A stretch of 61,924 nt of DNA. Source: Candidatus Calescamantes bacterium (GTDB taxonomy: Bacteria; CAIJMQ01; JAADFP01). The notes below the pieces were generated by a model. The model saw nothing but the letters and a program-made list of their open reading frames with translations, ran no database searches and was not told the DNA's origin. Where the stretch lies: NCBI GenBank assembly GCA_021162785.1, contig JAGGYA010000018.1, positions 1 through 61,924 of the forward strand, read 5' to 3'. How positions within the stretch are numbered: position 1 is the stretch's first letter; each line of letters begins with the position of its first letter. Below are positions 1 to 9,862 of the stretch, piece after piece. Made by a program: the position numbers and the translations under genes.

Positions 1-1
1 C

Positions 2-190
2 CCGGATAGTGATATAGATATACTAATTATCTCATCCGAAATACCGGAGGGAATATTTTCTCAGGCAGAAATTAAACTGGAGATAAAAAATAAATTCCCT
101 GATGCACCCTTTGAATTACATTTAATCACACCAGAAGAATACCAAAACTGGTACAAAAAATTTATAAAAAATGAGTTTAAGGAGGTTTAA
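2..190 (+). CDS. Minimal nucleotidyltransferase (MNT) domain protein, 3' part (truncated by window start)
   Basis: Manual translation of frame 2: PDSDIDILIISSEIPEG...PFELHLITPEEYQNWYKKFIKNEFKEV*. SDIDILII matches the DxD motif of the pol-beta/MNT family. Not in the ORF track. Confidence 0.75.
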   Translation, partial: PDSDIDILIISSEIPEGIFSQAEIKLEIKNKFPDAPFELHLITPEEYQNWYKKFIKNEFKEV

Positions 191-305
191 GACGAAAAAC
201 ATATAACTTTTGAAGGGAATAAATTCATCACACTTTCCGGTAACTTTCTGAACTTATGCAGTTTCCTTTCCAGAAGATAAATTTCGCAGGGAGGAAAGTT
301 TTGTT

Positions 306-1020
306 TTAAAAATTGGGAGAGGTGGTGTGGATGTATTCGCAGGTGGGGGGGGTTCGTGGAGGGTGAGGTGGTTGAGGTTAACTGCTTTTACTTTGTATCG
401 GAGATTCTTCAGGTAATTAAGTATTTTCCAGATGCTTTGGGAGATTTTTGAGAGGAAATCGTGATGGATTTCACAGAAGATTTTTAGTTTGTTTTTACGC
501 AGGGTTTTTTGCTCCTTTGAGGACTAAAAGCTTGCTTCCCTCACAATCCATATGAATAAGGTCTATTTTTCTCCACCTTGTTTTCTTCAAGGAAAGTATC
601 TAAAAAGATGGTTTTAACTGTGATCTTCTCTGTTTTTTCCTGGGGGATGAAGGAGGTTGCCCCTCCATTTATATAGAAAACTTCCTCACCCTTTTTGTCC
701 GTGACCGGGTAGGGGAAAATCTTCGCATTCTTTTCTTTATTTAGCAGAAGATTTTCTTGAAGAAGTTTCCTGGACTCAGGAATTGGTTCAAAACATTAGG
801 CAATTCCTTTCTCTCCTACAGATTTGGCTATTGCTACCGTGGTCATCCCTGCATATCCTCCCATCTCCACTGCGATCATGCCTTCTTGAGCTATTGTTTT
901 TAAAAACTCCACCTCTCCTCTCTCATGAGGATGTTCAGCGAGAAATTGGGAGAAGGAAGGGCTATTGAAGATGAAACAATGGGAAAGAGAATTATGCTGA
1001 GGGTTACTCCTGTATTGGAA
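306..1020 (-). pseudogene. FkbM-family SAM-dependent methyltransferase pseudogene (5' boundary approximate)
   Basis: Minus-strand translation: EVEFLKTIAQEGMIAVEMGGYAGMTTVAIAKSVGEKGIA*CFEPIPESRKLLQENL...IFLDTFLEENKVEK/IDLIHMDCEGSKLLVLKGAK/TLRKNKLKIFCEIH. FkbM motifs are recognisable. In-frame TAA at 796-798 and frameshifts in homopolymers at about 566-570 and 505-510. Confidence 0.8.
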
Positions 1021-1241
1021 TTTCTAAACTCTCCTGGAGAGATAAAAATATCCTCCCCTTTATGAGAAATAAGCGAGTGATTCCCTTTTCTACTCCAGAT
1101 TTTCTATTTCACCTGCTTCCTTAATTACAGGATTTTCCACAATTTAAGCAATAACTACCCTTCCCTTTCTGCTCCTAACTCTGTTTTGAAAGGGAATTGA
1201 GGAAAAAAATGAGGAATTAAAGACTCCTTAACAAGAAGACT

Positions 1242-1967
1242 TTACTCCCCATAAAATCCCCAGTTCCCACTGTTCTTCACATAATACTGTTGACTCTGTT
1301 TTGTCCAGGGAACCCACCGCACATCTCCACCCACATGAAGAATATTGCTACCTTCTGGTGGAGATTTTGGGTCTCCACTTACCGAGTGATTTACACGTGC
1401 CCAGTCATAAGGGGATCTTTCCCTTCTTACCACCATGTCTGCCATAAGGACCCATTCAGCTTTTGAACGGGACATTTTGGTAGGTGGAGAATAGTGGATT
1501 TCGGATGTTTCGGCCATGTTGCAGAAAAGTGAATATCCCATATAGGTGACATGGTCATTATTGAGACCTCCTACTTTTTCCCAGTTAGTATCTGTATTAT
1601 AGTCTGAACGGGAAGGACAATAGAAGTTCGGACGAAGCAGTCCATAACTCTGTAATGTCTCTCGGATACAACTTCCTACAGGGGACCCATTACGGTAAAG
1701 TTTGGTTGGATCTTTGTAAGTATTCAGGGTAGCACAGTAGTAAATATGACAATTTCCTGGGAACCATCCGTCAAAGTCGTTTGTGTACATGGTAAGTGCA
1801 CAACCCCATTGCTTCAGGTTGTTCATACAAACACTCCTCCTTGCTTTCTCTCTTGCTCTCTGAAGTGCGGGGAGAAGTATGGCTGCAATAATTGCAATGA
1901 TAGCAATTACAGTGAGTAGCTCAATGAGTGTGAATCCTTGCCTCCACCATCTCAAACAGCTTCTCAC
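1242..1967 (-). CDS. Prepilin-type N-terminal cleavage/methylation domain protein (DUF1559-like)
   Basis: [39 protein letters not shown] signature; FYCPS motif; C-terminal H...GSNIL..GDV; GGAGGTG SD before a GTG start. Confidence 0.88.
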   Translation of the reverse strand: MRSCLRWWRQGFTLIELLTVIAIIAIIAAILLPALQRAREKARRSVCMNNLKQWGCALTMYTNDFDGWFPGNCHIYYCATLNTYKDPTKLYRNGSPVGSCIRETLQSYGLLRPNFYCPSRSDYNTDTNWEKVGGLNNDHVTYMGYSLFCNMAETSEIHYSPPTKMSRSKAEWVLMADMVVRRERSPYDWARVNHSVSGDPKSPPEGSNILHVGGDVRWVPWTKQSQQYYVKNSGNWGFYGE

Positions 1968-2005
1968 TCATTTCACCTCCTTTCTTTTTATTTTTTCCTA
2001 CATCC

Positions 2006-2034
2006 ACTATCCCACTTTTTTCTTTTTGTGTCAA
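2006..2034 (-). promoter_or_regulatory. Putative sigma70 promoter of the prepilin-type gene
   Basis: Minus strand: TTGACA, 17-bp spacer, TGn-GATAGT. Confidence 0.5.
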
Positions 2035-2294
2035 GGTTTAATGGAGAAAGAGGATTAGGCTTTATCATCCTTTCTTGCAAATCCTCAGGAATATGGATAA
2101 ATGAGGAGTAGAAGAATTTGGGGCTTCAGCATCAGGTGGAAGTATACTTAACGGTGAGGAAATGAAATGCAAGGGGTAAGATTTTTTTCCTGAAGGATTT
2201 CTCAGGAGAGTCGTATCTTCCCATCCTGGTGAGGTGGATGCTGGAGGGGAAAAGTTAATGAAGGAGGTTTCTCTTCTATACTCCCCTATATCCA

Positions 2295-2323
2295 TTGACA
2301 GGGGTTTTTTCTTTTGTTTTAAT
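2295..2323 (+). promoter_or_regulatory. Putative sigma70 promoter
   Basis: TTGACA, 17-bp spacer, TGn-TTTAAT, upstream of GGAGGA SD and ATG at 2345. Confidence 0.65.
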
Positions 2324-2344
2324 TCCCTTTAAAGGGAGGAGAAA

Positions 2345-3109
2345 ATGGAGAAATTAATAGTTGGATTACAGGTTTATACTTTAAGGGATTTTTGTAAAGG
2401 AGTAGAGCTTACTTCCTCTACATTCAAAAGGATAAGGGAAATGGGTTATAGGGTGGTAGAAATAGCTGGTATTAAAGATGTGGATGTAAAAAATTTAAGA
2501 AAAATTCTAAATGATTACGAGTTATATGCCTGGAGCATTCATATTCCTTACTCTATCCTCATTAACCAGACTGAGAAAATTATTGAAGAAAGTAAAATTA
2601 TTGGATGTAAGGCAATAATTTGCCCCGGTTTACCCCAAGAGTTACATACAAAAGAAGGTTATCTTAAAGTAGCAAATGAGTTTCAGAGAATTGCTCCCAT
2701 TTTAAAAAAGGAAGGATTTAAACTTGCTTTCCATAACCATTCTCTGGAATTGGAAAAATTTGAAGGGAAAACAGGATTAGAGATACTTCTGGAAAATGCA
2801 CCTGAATGGGAAATTCAAATTGATACTTACTGGATACAACACGGAGGGGGAGATCCAGCAGAATGGATCGAAAAATTTTCCGGAAGAGTCTCTTCCATCC
2901 ATTTGAAAGATATGGGAATCATAAAAGGAAAGCAGGTAATGCCTCCGGTGGGAGAAGGGAATCTTAATTGGAGAAGGATTATTGAAGCCTGCAAAAAAGC
3001 GGGAGTAAAGTATGGTTTCGTTGAAATGGATGAAACTATTATAGATCCTTTTGAAGCGGTAAGAATTTCTTTACAAAATCTTAAAAACTTGGGATTTGAA
3101 TCTTTTTAA
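2345..3109 (+). CDS. Sugar phosphate isomerase/epimerase (xylose-isomerase-like TIM barrel)
   Basis: GLQVYTLR, FHNH..E, DTYW, IHLKD, GEG...W, FVE.D motifs. Confidence 0.88.
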   Translation: MEKLIVGLQVYTLRDFCKGVELTSSTFKRIREMGYRVVEIAGIKDVDVKNLRKILNDYELYAWSIHIPYSILINQTEKIIEESKIIGCKAIICPGLPQELHTKEGYLKVANEFQRIAPILKKEGFKLAFHNHSLELEKFEGKTGLEILLENAPEWEIQIDTYWIQHGGGDPAEWIEKFSGRVSSIHLKDMGIIKGKQVMPPVGEGNLNWRRIIEACKKAGVKYGFVEMDETIIDPFEAVRISLQNLKNLGFESF

Positions 3110-3122
3110 ATCTTTTATATAG

Positions 3123-3151
3123 TTGACCTCCCGGAGGGTTTCGCGTAGAAT
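3123..3151 (+). promoter_or_regulatory. Putative sigma70 promoter of the car operon
   Basis: TTGACC, 17-bp spacer, TAGAAT; ATG 11 nt downstream with no SD. Confidence 0.65.
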
Positions 3152-3162
3152 TTCCCAAAAAC

Positions 3163-4296
3163 ATGGCACGGGCATATCTTGTGCTGGAGGATGGTTTCTA
3201 CCTACAGGGTGAATCCTTCGGTGCGGAAGGAGAAACCTTCGGTGAAGTAGTTTTTAATACATCTCTCACTGGTTATCAGGAAGTACTCACTGATCCCTCT
3301 TATAAGGGACAGATTGTCACTATGACTTACCCTTTAATTGGAAACTACGGGATAAATCCCTTAGATGTGGAATCAAGAAGTGTGTGGGTGGAAGGTTTTG
3401 TGGTGAGAGAAAAATCAAAAATTGCCTCTAACTGGAGAAGCGAGGAAACTCTGGATGAGTATCTAAAAAGGTATGGAGTGATAGGAATTGAAGGTGTGGA
3501 TACAAGGGCTCTTACCCGACATATAAGACTTCAGGGTGCAATGAAAGGGTGCATCTCAACTATAGATGGGGATATTAAGAGACTGGTTAAAAAGGTGAAA
3601 GAGTCTCCTGGGCTGGTGGGAAGAGACCTGGTGAAAGAAGTTACTTACCAGGAACCTTTTGAATGGACAGAACCTTTAAGAGATGAGTGGTGGGAACCCA
3701 TCATCTTTGGCGAATACACCCATTTAAAAGTGGTGGTGCTGGATTGTGGGGTGAAATTCAATATTCTCCGAATTTTAAAGAGTTACGGTTGCCAGGTTAT
3801 AGTGGTCCCAGCTTTCTTTAAGGCAAAGGATATTCTCTCCTACAACCCTGATGGTGTGCTTCTTTCCAATGGGCCAGGTGATCCGGCTGCAGTTCCTTAC
3901 ATCGTGGAGGAGGTGAGAAAACTCATAGGAGAAGTCCCCCTATTTGGTATCTGTTTCGGGCACCAGATGCTGGGACAGGCACTGGGTGGAAAAACTTTCA
4001 AACTCAAATTTGGGCATCATGGAGGGAATCATCCGGTGATGGATCTCAGAACCAGAAAGGTGGAAATAACTACTCAAAACCATGGATTCTGCGTGGATAT
4101 TGAAACTCTTCCCAAAGGAGAGGTGGAACTTACCCATATAAATCTTAATGATATGACTTTGGAAGGGCTTCAGCATAAAAAGTATCCTCTTTTCTCTCTT
4201 CAATATCATCCTGAAGCTGGACCTGGTCCTCATGATTCGAGGTATCTTTTCAGAGAATTTATAAAACTTATGGAGGAAGGGAAACTTGGGAATTAA
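3163..4296 (+). CDS. carA: Carbamoyl-phosphate synthase small subunit
   Basis: GEVVFNT..TGYQE.LTDPSY, SNGPGDP, GICFGHQ (catalytic Cys), QYHPEA.PGPHD. Confidence 0.98.
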   Translation: MARAYLVLEDGFYLQGESFGAEGETFGEVVFNTSLTGYQEVLTDPSYKGQIVTMTYPLIGNYGINPLDVESRSVWVEGFVVREKSKIASNWRSEETLDEYLKRYGVIGIEGVDTRALTRHIRLQGAMKGCISTIDGDIKRLVKKVKESPGLVGRDLVKEVTYQEPFEWTEPLRDEWWEPIIFGEYTHLKVVVLDCGVKFNILRILKSYGCQVIVVPAFFKAKDILSYNPDGVLLSNGPGDPAAVPYIVEEVRKLIGEVPLFGICFGHQMLGQALGGKTFKLKFGHHGGNHPVMDLRTRKVEITTQNHGFCVDIETLPKGEVELTHINLNDMTLEGLQHKKYPLFSLQYHPEAGPGPHDSRYLFREFIKLMEEGKLGN

Positions 4297-4972
4297 TCTC
4301 TGGGTGTTTTTGGGGGATATAAAAGATTCGGGCAAAATGGAAAATAGGCACGAAGTCCAAGAGAAATTAATTGAAATATTTGAAGAACTTAATAGAGAAT
4401 ATGAAACCCAACTTATTGCGAATTTAGCAATAACGCGAGGGGATGAATTTGGTTGTGCAAGTGAAAATCCGGTGACTCTCAATAGAATCGGTGACGAGTT
4501 GTGGTTGAGAACTTCTGAGGTAGAAGTAAAAATAGGGGGAAGAGTAAAACCTTTTCTTTTCCGATATGCAATCGCCTATGGAGAAATCTCCGCATTCCCC
4601 GAAAAAGAAATCGGTTTAATGGATGGGCCTGTGTTTCGAACCCTGGATGAGAAAATTAAGGAGTTAAAAACTCACCCGGGAGGATGGGTATATTTTGAAG
4701 GGCTGGGAGAAGCAGAAGATAACCTCTTTAATGCTTTTAAAAATCTCCTTTACTTATTCTTAGCAAATTTGAGTGTGAGCGAAAGAAAAATAGTTTATCT
4801 CTTTCATATGTTTAAAAGCCAGAAAACAATTGCTAAAAAATTAGGTGTTACACAACCTTACATTTCCAAGGTGCTTAGAAAAACTAATTGGCAGTTGGTC
4901 GAAAGATGTTTGGAAAGTTTTAATATTTGGCTAAAACACATAACTGATATAGGTTATAGAGAATGTTTATAA
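4286..4972 (+). CDS. SatD-family protein with C-terminal helix-turn-helix
   Basis: GDIKDS, ITRGDEF, R.AI..GEI, MDGP.F and SQKTIAKKLGVTQPYISK HTH. TTG start overlapping the carA end with a GGAGG SD. Confidence 0.8.
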   Translation: MGINLWVFLGDIKDSGKMENRHEVQEKLIEIFEELNREYETQLIANLAITRGDEFGCASENPVTLNRIGDELWLRTSEVEVKIGGRVKPFLFRYAIAYGEISAFPEKEIGLMDGPVFRTLDEKIKELKTHPGGWVYFEGLGEAEDNLFNAFKNLLYLFLANLSVSERKIVYLFHMFKSQKTIAKKLGVTQPYISKVLRKTNWQLVERCLESFNIWLKHITDIGYRECL

Positions 4973-4989
4973 CTTAATTAGGTTATAAA
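4940..4989. repeat. Two tandem imperfect palindromes ATAAC-N8-GTTAT (putative operator pair)
   Basis: ATAACTGATATAGGTTAT (4940-4957) and ATAACTTAATTAGGTTAT (4969-4986), 29 bp apart. The second extends to the 24-bp near-perfect palindrome TTTATAACTTAATTAGGTTATAAA (4966-4989). Confidence 0.65.
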
Positions 4990-4991
4990 AT

Positions 4992-5342
4992 ATGCCAGAA
5001 ATTTTTACTCTTCTCTTATTATGGGGACTTGTGGGGCTACTCAATCTTCCCTCTGGATTTCCTACTCTCTTTCGTAAACTCAGAGAATTTTTTCAAATAG
5101 AGGAAGAGGAAAGGAAATTAAAAAGAATAGGATTAATTATCGGTATCTGCGAAGGTTTAATTGTGGTAACATTCTCCTTTTTTAGGGCGTGGCAGGCCCT
5201 TTCCCTCGTATTCGGTGGGAAAATACTCTTTCGAGTCCTGGAAAAGGAAAGGAAAGAAATACTTAATTATTATCTGACTGGGAGTCTGTTAAACTTCACT
5301 TTTTGGTTAATGATAGGAACTATTTTTAGCATGCTGAGGTAA
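4992..5342 (+). CDS. Small integral membrane protein, SatE/DUF3307-like partner of SatD
   Basis: About 4 hydrophobic segments; G.IIG..E, K.LFR and YYL.GSL motifs resemble SatD-associated membrane proteins. Confidence 0.65.
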   Translation: MPEIFTLLLLWGLVGLLNLPSGFPTLFRKLREFFQIEEEERKLKRIGLIIGICEGLIVVTFSFFRAWQALSLVFGGKILFRVLEKERKEILNYYLTGSLLNFTFWLMIGTIFSMLR

Positions 5343-5344
5343 TC

Positions 5345-8300
5345 ATGCCTAAGAGGAAGGATATTAAAAAGATTCTCATAATAGGTTCGGGCCCTATAGT
5401 GATCGGTCAGGCATGTGAGTTTGATTATTCCGGTTCTCAGGCTTGCAAGGCTTTGAAACAGGAGGGTTATGAGGTAATTCTTGTCAATTCCAATCCCGCT
5501 ACCATTATGACTGATCCAGGAATGGCTGATAAAACCTATATAGAACCCCTTACTCCTGAAGTTGTGGAAAAAATCATTGCCCGGGAAAGACCAGATGCCT
5601 GCCTCCCAACTATGGGTGGACAAACTGGACTTAATATTGCTGCTATTCTGGCTAAAGAAGGTGTGTTTGATCGCTATGGAGTTGAACTTATTGGAGCAAA
5701 ATTTGAGGCTATTCGTAAAGCGGAGGAGAGAGATCTTTTTCGCGAGAGTATGAGAAAGATCGGCCTTAAAGTTCCAGATAGTGCTTATGTGAGGAGTGTG
5801 GAAGAAGCCCTGGAATGGGTTAAAGGAAGGGATTATCCATTTGTTATAAGACCCTCCTATACTCTTGCAGGAACAGGAGGGGGAGTAGCCTATAATGTTG
5901 ATGAGTTAAAAGCCTTGGTTCAGCGAGGGATAGAGTATAGTTTGATTGGGCAGGTATTGGTAGAAGAGTCTGTTCTGGGCTGGAAAGAATACGAACTTGA
6001 GGTTATGAGGGATCTTAAAGATAATGTTGTCATAATCTGTTCAATTGAAAACTTTGATCCTATGGGGATTCACACAGGTGATTCTATCACCGTTGCTCCT
6101 GCCCAGACACTGACAGATAAGGAATATCAGAGGATGAGAGATGCTGCCATTGCAGTGATAAGAGAGGTAGGAGTGGAAACCGGGGGATCAAATATTCAGT
6201 TTGCAGTTCATCCGGAAACTGGAGAAATGGTTGTGATAGAAATGAATCCAAGGGTCTCCAGATCTTCCGCTCTTGCTTCCAAAGCTACCGGATTCCCCAT
6301 AGCCAAGTTTGCTGCTAAACTTGCCATTGGATATACTCTGGATGAAATACCTAATGATATAACCAAAAAAACACCTGCCTGTTTTGAACCAACAATTGAT
6401 TACTGTGTGGTAAAGATGCCTCGCTGGGATTTTGAAAAGTTCCCTGATGCAGAGGCTACATTAACCACAGAGATGAAGTCTGTGGGAGAGGCAATGGCTA
6501 TAGGAAGAAATTTTAAAGAAGCTCTTCAAAAAGCGATAAGGAGTCTGGAAAAAGGGAGAATGGGATTGGGTGCAGATGGGAAGGATCCTCTCAAACCTCC
6601 CTATGACTTAGAAGTTATAAGGGAAAAACTAAAAACTCCTAATGCAGAAAGAGTTTTCTATATCAGATATGCTTACCTTGCAGGTATGAGCACGGAAGAA
6701 ATCTATGAACTAACCAAGATAGACCCCTGGTTCTTAGAAAATATAAAGGAAATTGTGGAAATGGAGGATGAAATAAGGGAAAAACCTCTCACTCCTGGAC
6801 TCCTTCGAAAAGCCAAATCTTTTGGTTTCTCCGATGTCCAGATAGCCCATCTTAAAGGAAAGACGGAAAAGGAAATAAGAGAACTCCGGGAAAAGGAGGG
6901 TATTAAACCTGCTTATAAACTGGTGGATACCTGTGCAGGGGAGTTCGAAGCATATACTCCTTACTATTATTCAGCTTACGAGTTTGAAGATGAAGTAGAG
7001 GTGAGTGACCGTAAGAAAATTATGATTCTTGGGGGAGGGCCAAACCGGATTGGACAGGGGATAGAGTTTGACTACTGCTGTGTGCAAGCTGCTTTTGCTT
7101 TGAGGGAGGAAGGTTTTGAAGTCATAATGGTTAACTGTAATCCGGAGACAGTGAGTACGGACTATGATACTTCGGATCGTCTTTACTTTGAACCCTTAAC
7201 TCTTGAGGATGTTCTGGCTATTGCAAGGAAAGAAAAACCTTACGGTGTGATAGTTCAACTGGGTGGGCAAACACCTCTCAATCTCGCCCTTGCACTTAAA
7301 AGAGAAGGGGTAAGGGTTCTGGGAACTGACCCAGAAGACATAAACAGGGCGGAAGACAGAAAACTCTTTGCAGAACTTCTTCACAAACTGGGTCTTAAAC
7401 ATACACCTTATGGAACTGGGTACTCCTTTGAAGAAGCCAGAGAAATTGCCAAGAGAATAGGATATCCAGTATTGGTAAGACCTTCCTATGTCTTGGGTGG
7501 GAGAGCAATGGAAATAGTTTATGATGAAAAATCCCTGGAGAGATACATACAGGAAGCGTCCCGTGTTTCCTCTGAACATCCTATTCTTATAGATAAGTTT
7601 CTGGAATCAGCCATTGAAGTGGATGTGGATGCTATCTCAGATGGAGAAATTACTGTGATAGGTGGAGTGATGGAACATATTGAGGAGGCAGGGGTGCATT
7701 CTGGTGACTCTGCCTGTGCTCTTCCTCCTTATAGTCTTTCCAAAGAAATTGTTGAGGAATTGAAAGCTCAGACTCGGGCTATTGCTAAGGAACTTAGAGT
7801 TAGAGGTCTGATAAATATTCAGTTTGCCATCCAGGGTAAAGACATTTATGTTCTGGAGGTTAACCCACGGGCATCTCGAACTGTCCCCTTCGTTGGGAAA
7901 GCTACGGGCATTCCACTGGCAAGACTGGCAGCAAAAGTTATGATTGGTAAATCCTTAAAAGAGCTGGGGTTCACAAAGGAGGTAGAAGTAAAACATACTG
8001 CGGTTAAAGAAGCAGTATTTCCCTTTATCCGATTCCCGGGAGTGGATATTATCCTGGGGCCAGAGATGAAGTCCACGGGAGAGGTAATGGGGATAGATGA
8101 AGATTTTGGGAAAGCATTTGCAAAATCCCAGATGGCTGCAGGTAATACCCTTCCTTTAAAAGGAACGGTTTTTGTCTCTGTTGCAGATAGAGATAAAAAG
8201 AGTATTGTGCCTGTGGTGAAAAAACTTAAAGAACTTGGGTTTGAGGTAATTGCTACAAAAGGCACAAGAGAATACCTCAAGAAAGCAGGAATTGAAGTAA

Positions 8301-8587
8301 AACTGGTAAATAAAATTGCTGAGGGGAGACCTCATGTGGTGGATTACATAAAGAATGGAGATATCCAGCTTATCATAAATACTCCTATTGGGAAGGGGCC
8401 TAAATTCGATGAATACAAAATCAGAAGAGAAGCTACAGTCCACAAGATACCCATCATCACCACCATTCCCGGTGCTTTTGCTGCAGTTAAAGGGATCGAG
8501 GCTCTCCTACGAGAAGAAATTCGTGTCAAGTCCTTACAGGAGTATCACTCTGTAGTATATGAGGAAAACCATGTAAAAATCTTATAA
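5345..8587 (+). CDS. carB: Carbamoyl-phosphate synthase large subunit
   Basis: [28 protein letters not shown], duplicated ATP-grasp domains, C-terminal MGS domain. Confidence 0.99.
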   Translation: MPKRKDIKKILIIGSGPIVIGQACEFDYSGSQACKALKQEGYEVILVNSNPATIMTDPGMADKTYIEPLTPEVVEKIIARERPDACLPTMGGQTGLNIAAILAKEGVFDRYGVELIGAKFEAIRKAEERDLFRESMRKIGLKVPDSAYVRSVEEALEWVKGRDYPFVIRPSYTLAGTGGGVAYNVDELKALVQRGIEYSLIGQVLVEESVLGWKEYELEVMRDLKDNVVIICSIENFDPMGIHTGDSITVAPAQTLTDKEYQRMRDAAIAVIREVGVETGGSNIQFAVHPETGEMVVIEMNPRVSRSSALASKATGFPIAKFAAKLAIGYTLDEIPNDITKKTPACFEPTIDYCVVKMPRWDFEKFPDAEATLTTEMKSVGEAMAIGRNFKEALQKAIRSLEKGRMGLGADGKDPLKPPYDLEVIREKLKTPNAERVFYIRYAYLAGMSTEEIYELTKIDPWFLENIKEIVEMEDEIREKPLTPGLLRKAKSFGFSDVQIAHLKGKTEKEIRELREKEGIKPAYKLVDTCAGEFEAYTPYYYSAYEFEDEVEVSDRKKIMILGGGPNRIGQGIEFDYCCVQAAFALREEGFEVIMVNCNPETVSTDYDTSDRLYFEPLTLEDVLAIARKEKPYGVIVQLGGQTPLNLALALKREGVRVLGTDPEDINRAEDRKLFAELLHKLGLKHTPYGTGYSFEEAREIAKRIGYPVLVRPSYVLGGRAMEIVYDEKSLERYIQEASRVSSEHPILIDKFLESAIEVDVDAISDGEITVIGGVMEHIEEAGVHSGDSACALPPYSLSKEIVEELKAQTRAIAKELRVRGLINIQFAIQGKDIYVLEVNPRASRTVPFVGKATGIPLARLAAKVMIGKSLKELGFTKEVEVKHTAVKEAVFPFIRFPGVDIILGPEMKSTGEVMGIDEDFGKAFAKSQMAAGNTLPLKGTVFVSVADRDKKSIVPVVKKLKELGFEVIATKGTREYLKKAGIEVKLVNKIAEGRPHVVDYIKNGDIQLIINTPIGKGPKFDEYKIRREATVHKIPIITTIPGAFAAVKGIEALLREEIRVKSLQEYHSVVYEENHVKIL

Positions 8588-8589
8588 GG

Positions 8590-8910
8590 TTATTTTTCCT
8601 TCCAGAGTTCCACACCCAGATTCTCTCTCACCAGTCTTCCAAGAAGTTCCCTCCCCAGTTTCTTCTGGGAAGTTGGAGTGGGAAGAATAAGAAGAGGGAT
8701 AGGGAGATGAGAAGAAAACTTTGCAAGTTCAGAAGGAGAAATATCTATAATATCTTCGGTGATAAGAAGGAAATGATACTCCTCAAGCTGGATATTCTCC
8801 AAAATCTCTTTTATCTCTTTAAAATTTCTTGAGTCCCTTACCTCGAAACCTAAGGCACCCAAAGGCTCCAGTATCTCTTCCCTTCCCAAAGCCAAAATTT
8901 TATAGAACAT
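8590..8910 (-). CDS. V/A-type ATP synthase subunit F
   Basis: About 106 aa; KI..LG, G.LGF, LLITED, P...LP, .V...LG pattern; position after subunit C. Confidence 0.78.
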   Translation of the reverse strand: MFYKILALGREEILEPLGALGFEVRDSRNFKEIKEILENIQLEEYHFLLITEDIIDISPSELAKFSSHLPIPLLILPTPTSQKKLGRELLGRLVRENLGVELWKEK

Positions 8911-9862
8911 AGAAAGGACCCAACCTTTCTTTTATTTCTTTTGAGGGAAGCCCCGCAATCTTCCCCCTTAGAAGCCATCTAAGATTTCTGATTTCATTTT
9001 CTTTACGCAAAAGATAAAAAAGTGAAGTTTCCGGGATGAAAGGGGAATAAAGAGTATCGCTGAAGATGGAAAATCTTTCCTTCCACAGATTTATCTCCAG
9101 CCTCCATACATCATTCTTTTTGTAGGCAGGGAGACCCTCTTCAGCAAGGGTTTCGTAATCGTTCCTTTTAAGCAACCTTATAAGATAATCCCATCCCTTT
9201 TCTTTCACTTCCTTCCAGTCTCTTGGAGAAATCTTCCCTCCCTTGAGGAACCCTTCTTCTAAACCTCTCAAGAAACATTTGAGATTGTAAAAATCAATCT
9301 CCTGTTTTAAATACTTTTCAAGAAGGGGAAAAGATTGGGAAAGGGCTAAAGATTCTTTGAAGTAAACCTCCTCCAGATACTTCCTCCCTTTGCCTTCTTC
9401 CTCCTTCTCCAGTCCAAGAGCGGTTCTGAGCCACAAAGAATAGGGCAGAGGAAGCAGACGAAAATTCTTCTCCTTCCCTACCCTCTCATAAAGAGATAAT
9501 GGTAGGAGATATTCTCTCTTCCAGGAGATGCTTCTTTTTCCCAGAAATTCGTCCAAGAGATTATTCAAATTAATTAACTCCCATCTCCACCAGAAAGGCA
9601 GGAAAAGCTCTTCCTCTGGAGAAAGTGAGGAGAGTTCCCGAAGGACAGAAAAATAACCTTCTTCCAGTATCTCCTCCCACTCCTTCATTCTCCCTTCCTT
9701 AGTGAAAGGATAATAGGGAGAAAGATGGGAGATAATCTCTTCCACAGATTTAAGTTCAGCAAGTTGATAAAATACTCCTGGATGTATTAGTCGAGATTCA
9801 AGAACCCTTACTTTTCCCACCAGAAAGGCGTAATCTGGATTTTCAGAAGTATTTTCCATCAT
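8900..9862 (-). CDS. V/A-type ATP synthase subunit C (d)
   Basis: DYAFL..KVRVLESRL, EIDFYNLK, KENEIRNLRW..RGK..GL motifs. Confidence 0.85.
   Translation of the reverse strand: MMENTSENPDYAFLVGKVRVLESRLIHPGVFYQLAELKSVEEIISHLSPYYPFTKEGRMKEWEEILEEGYFSVLRELSSLSPEEELFLPFWWRWELINLNNLLDEFLGKRSISWKREYLLPLSLYERVGKEKNFRLLPLPYSLWLRTALGLEKEEEGKGRKYLEEVYFKESLALSQSFPLLEKYLKQEIDFYNLKCFLRGLEEGFLKGGKISPRDWKEVKEKGWDYLIRLLKRNDYETLAEEGLPAYKKNDVWRLEINLWKERFSIFSDTLYSPFIPETSLFYLLRKENEIRNLRWLLRGKIAGLPSKEIKERLGPFYVL

Noticed and set aside
783-968. 61-aa plus-strand ORF
   Set aside because: Antisense shadow of the FkbM pseudogene; no motif.
2065-2295. 76-aa minus-strand ORF between divergent promoters
   Set aside because: Its start overlaps the -35 of the epimerase promoter, it has no SD, and its Pro/Ser-rich composition is unlike real genes here; cannot be supported.
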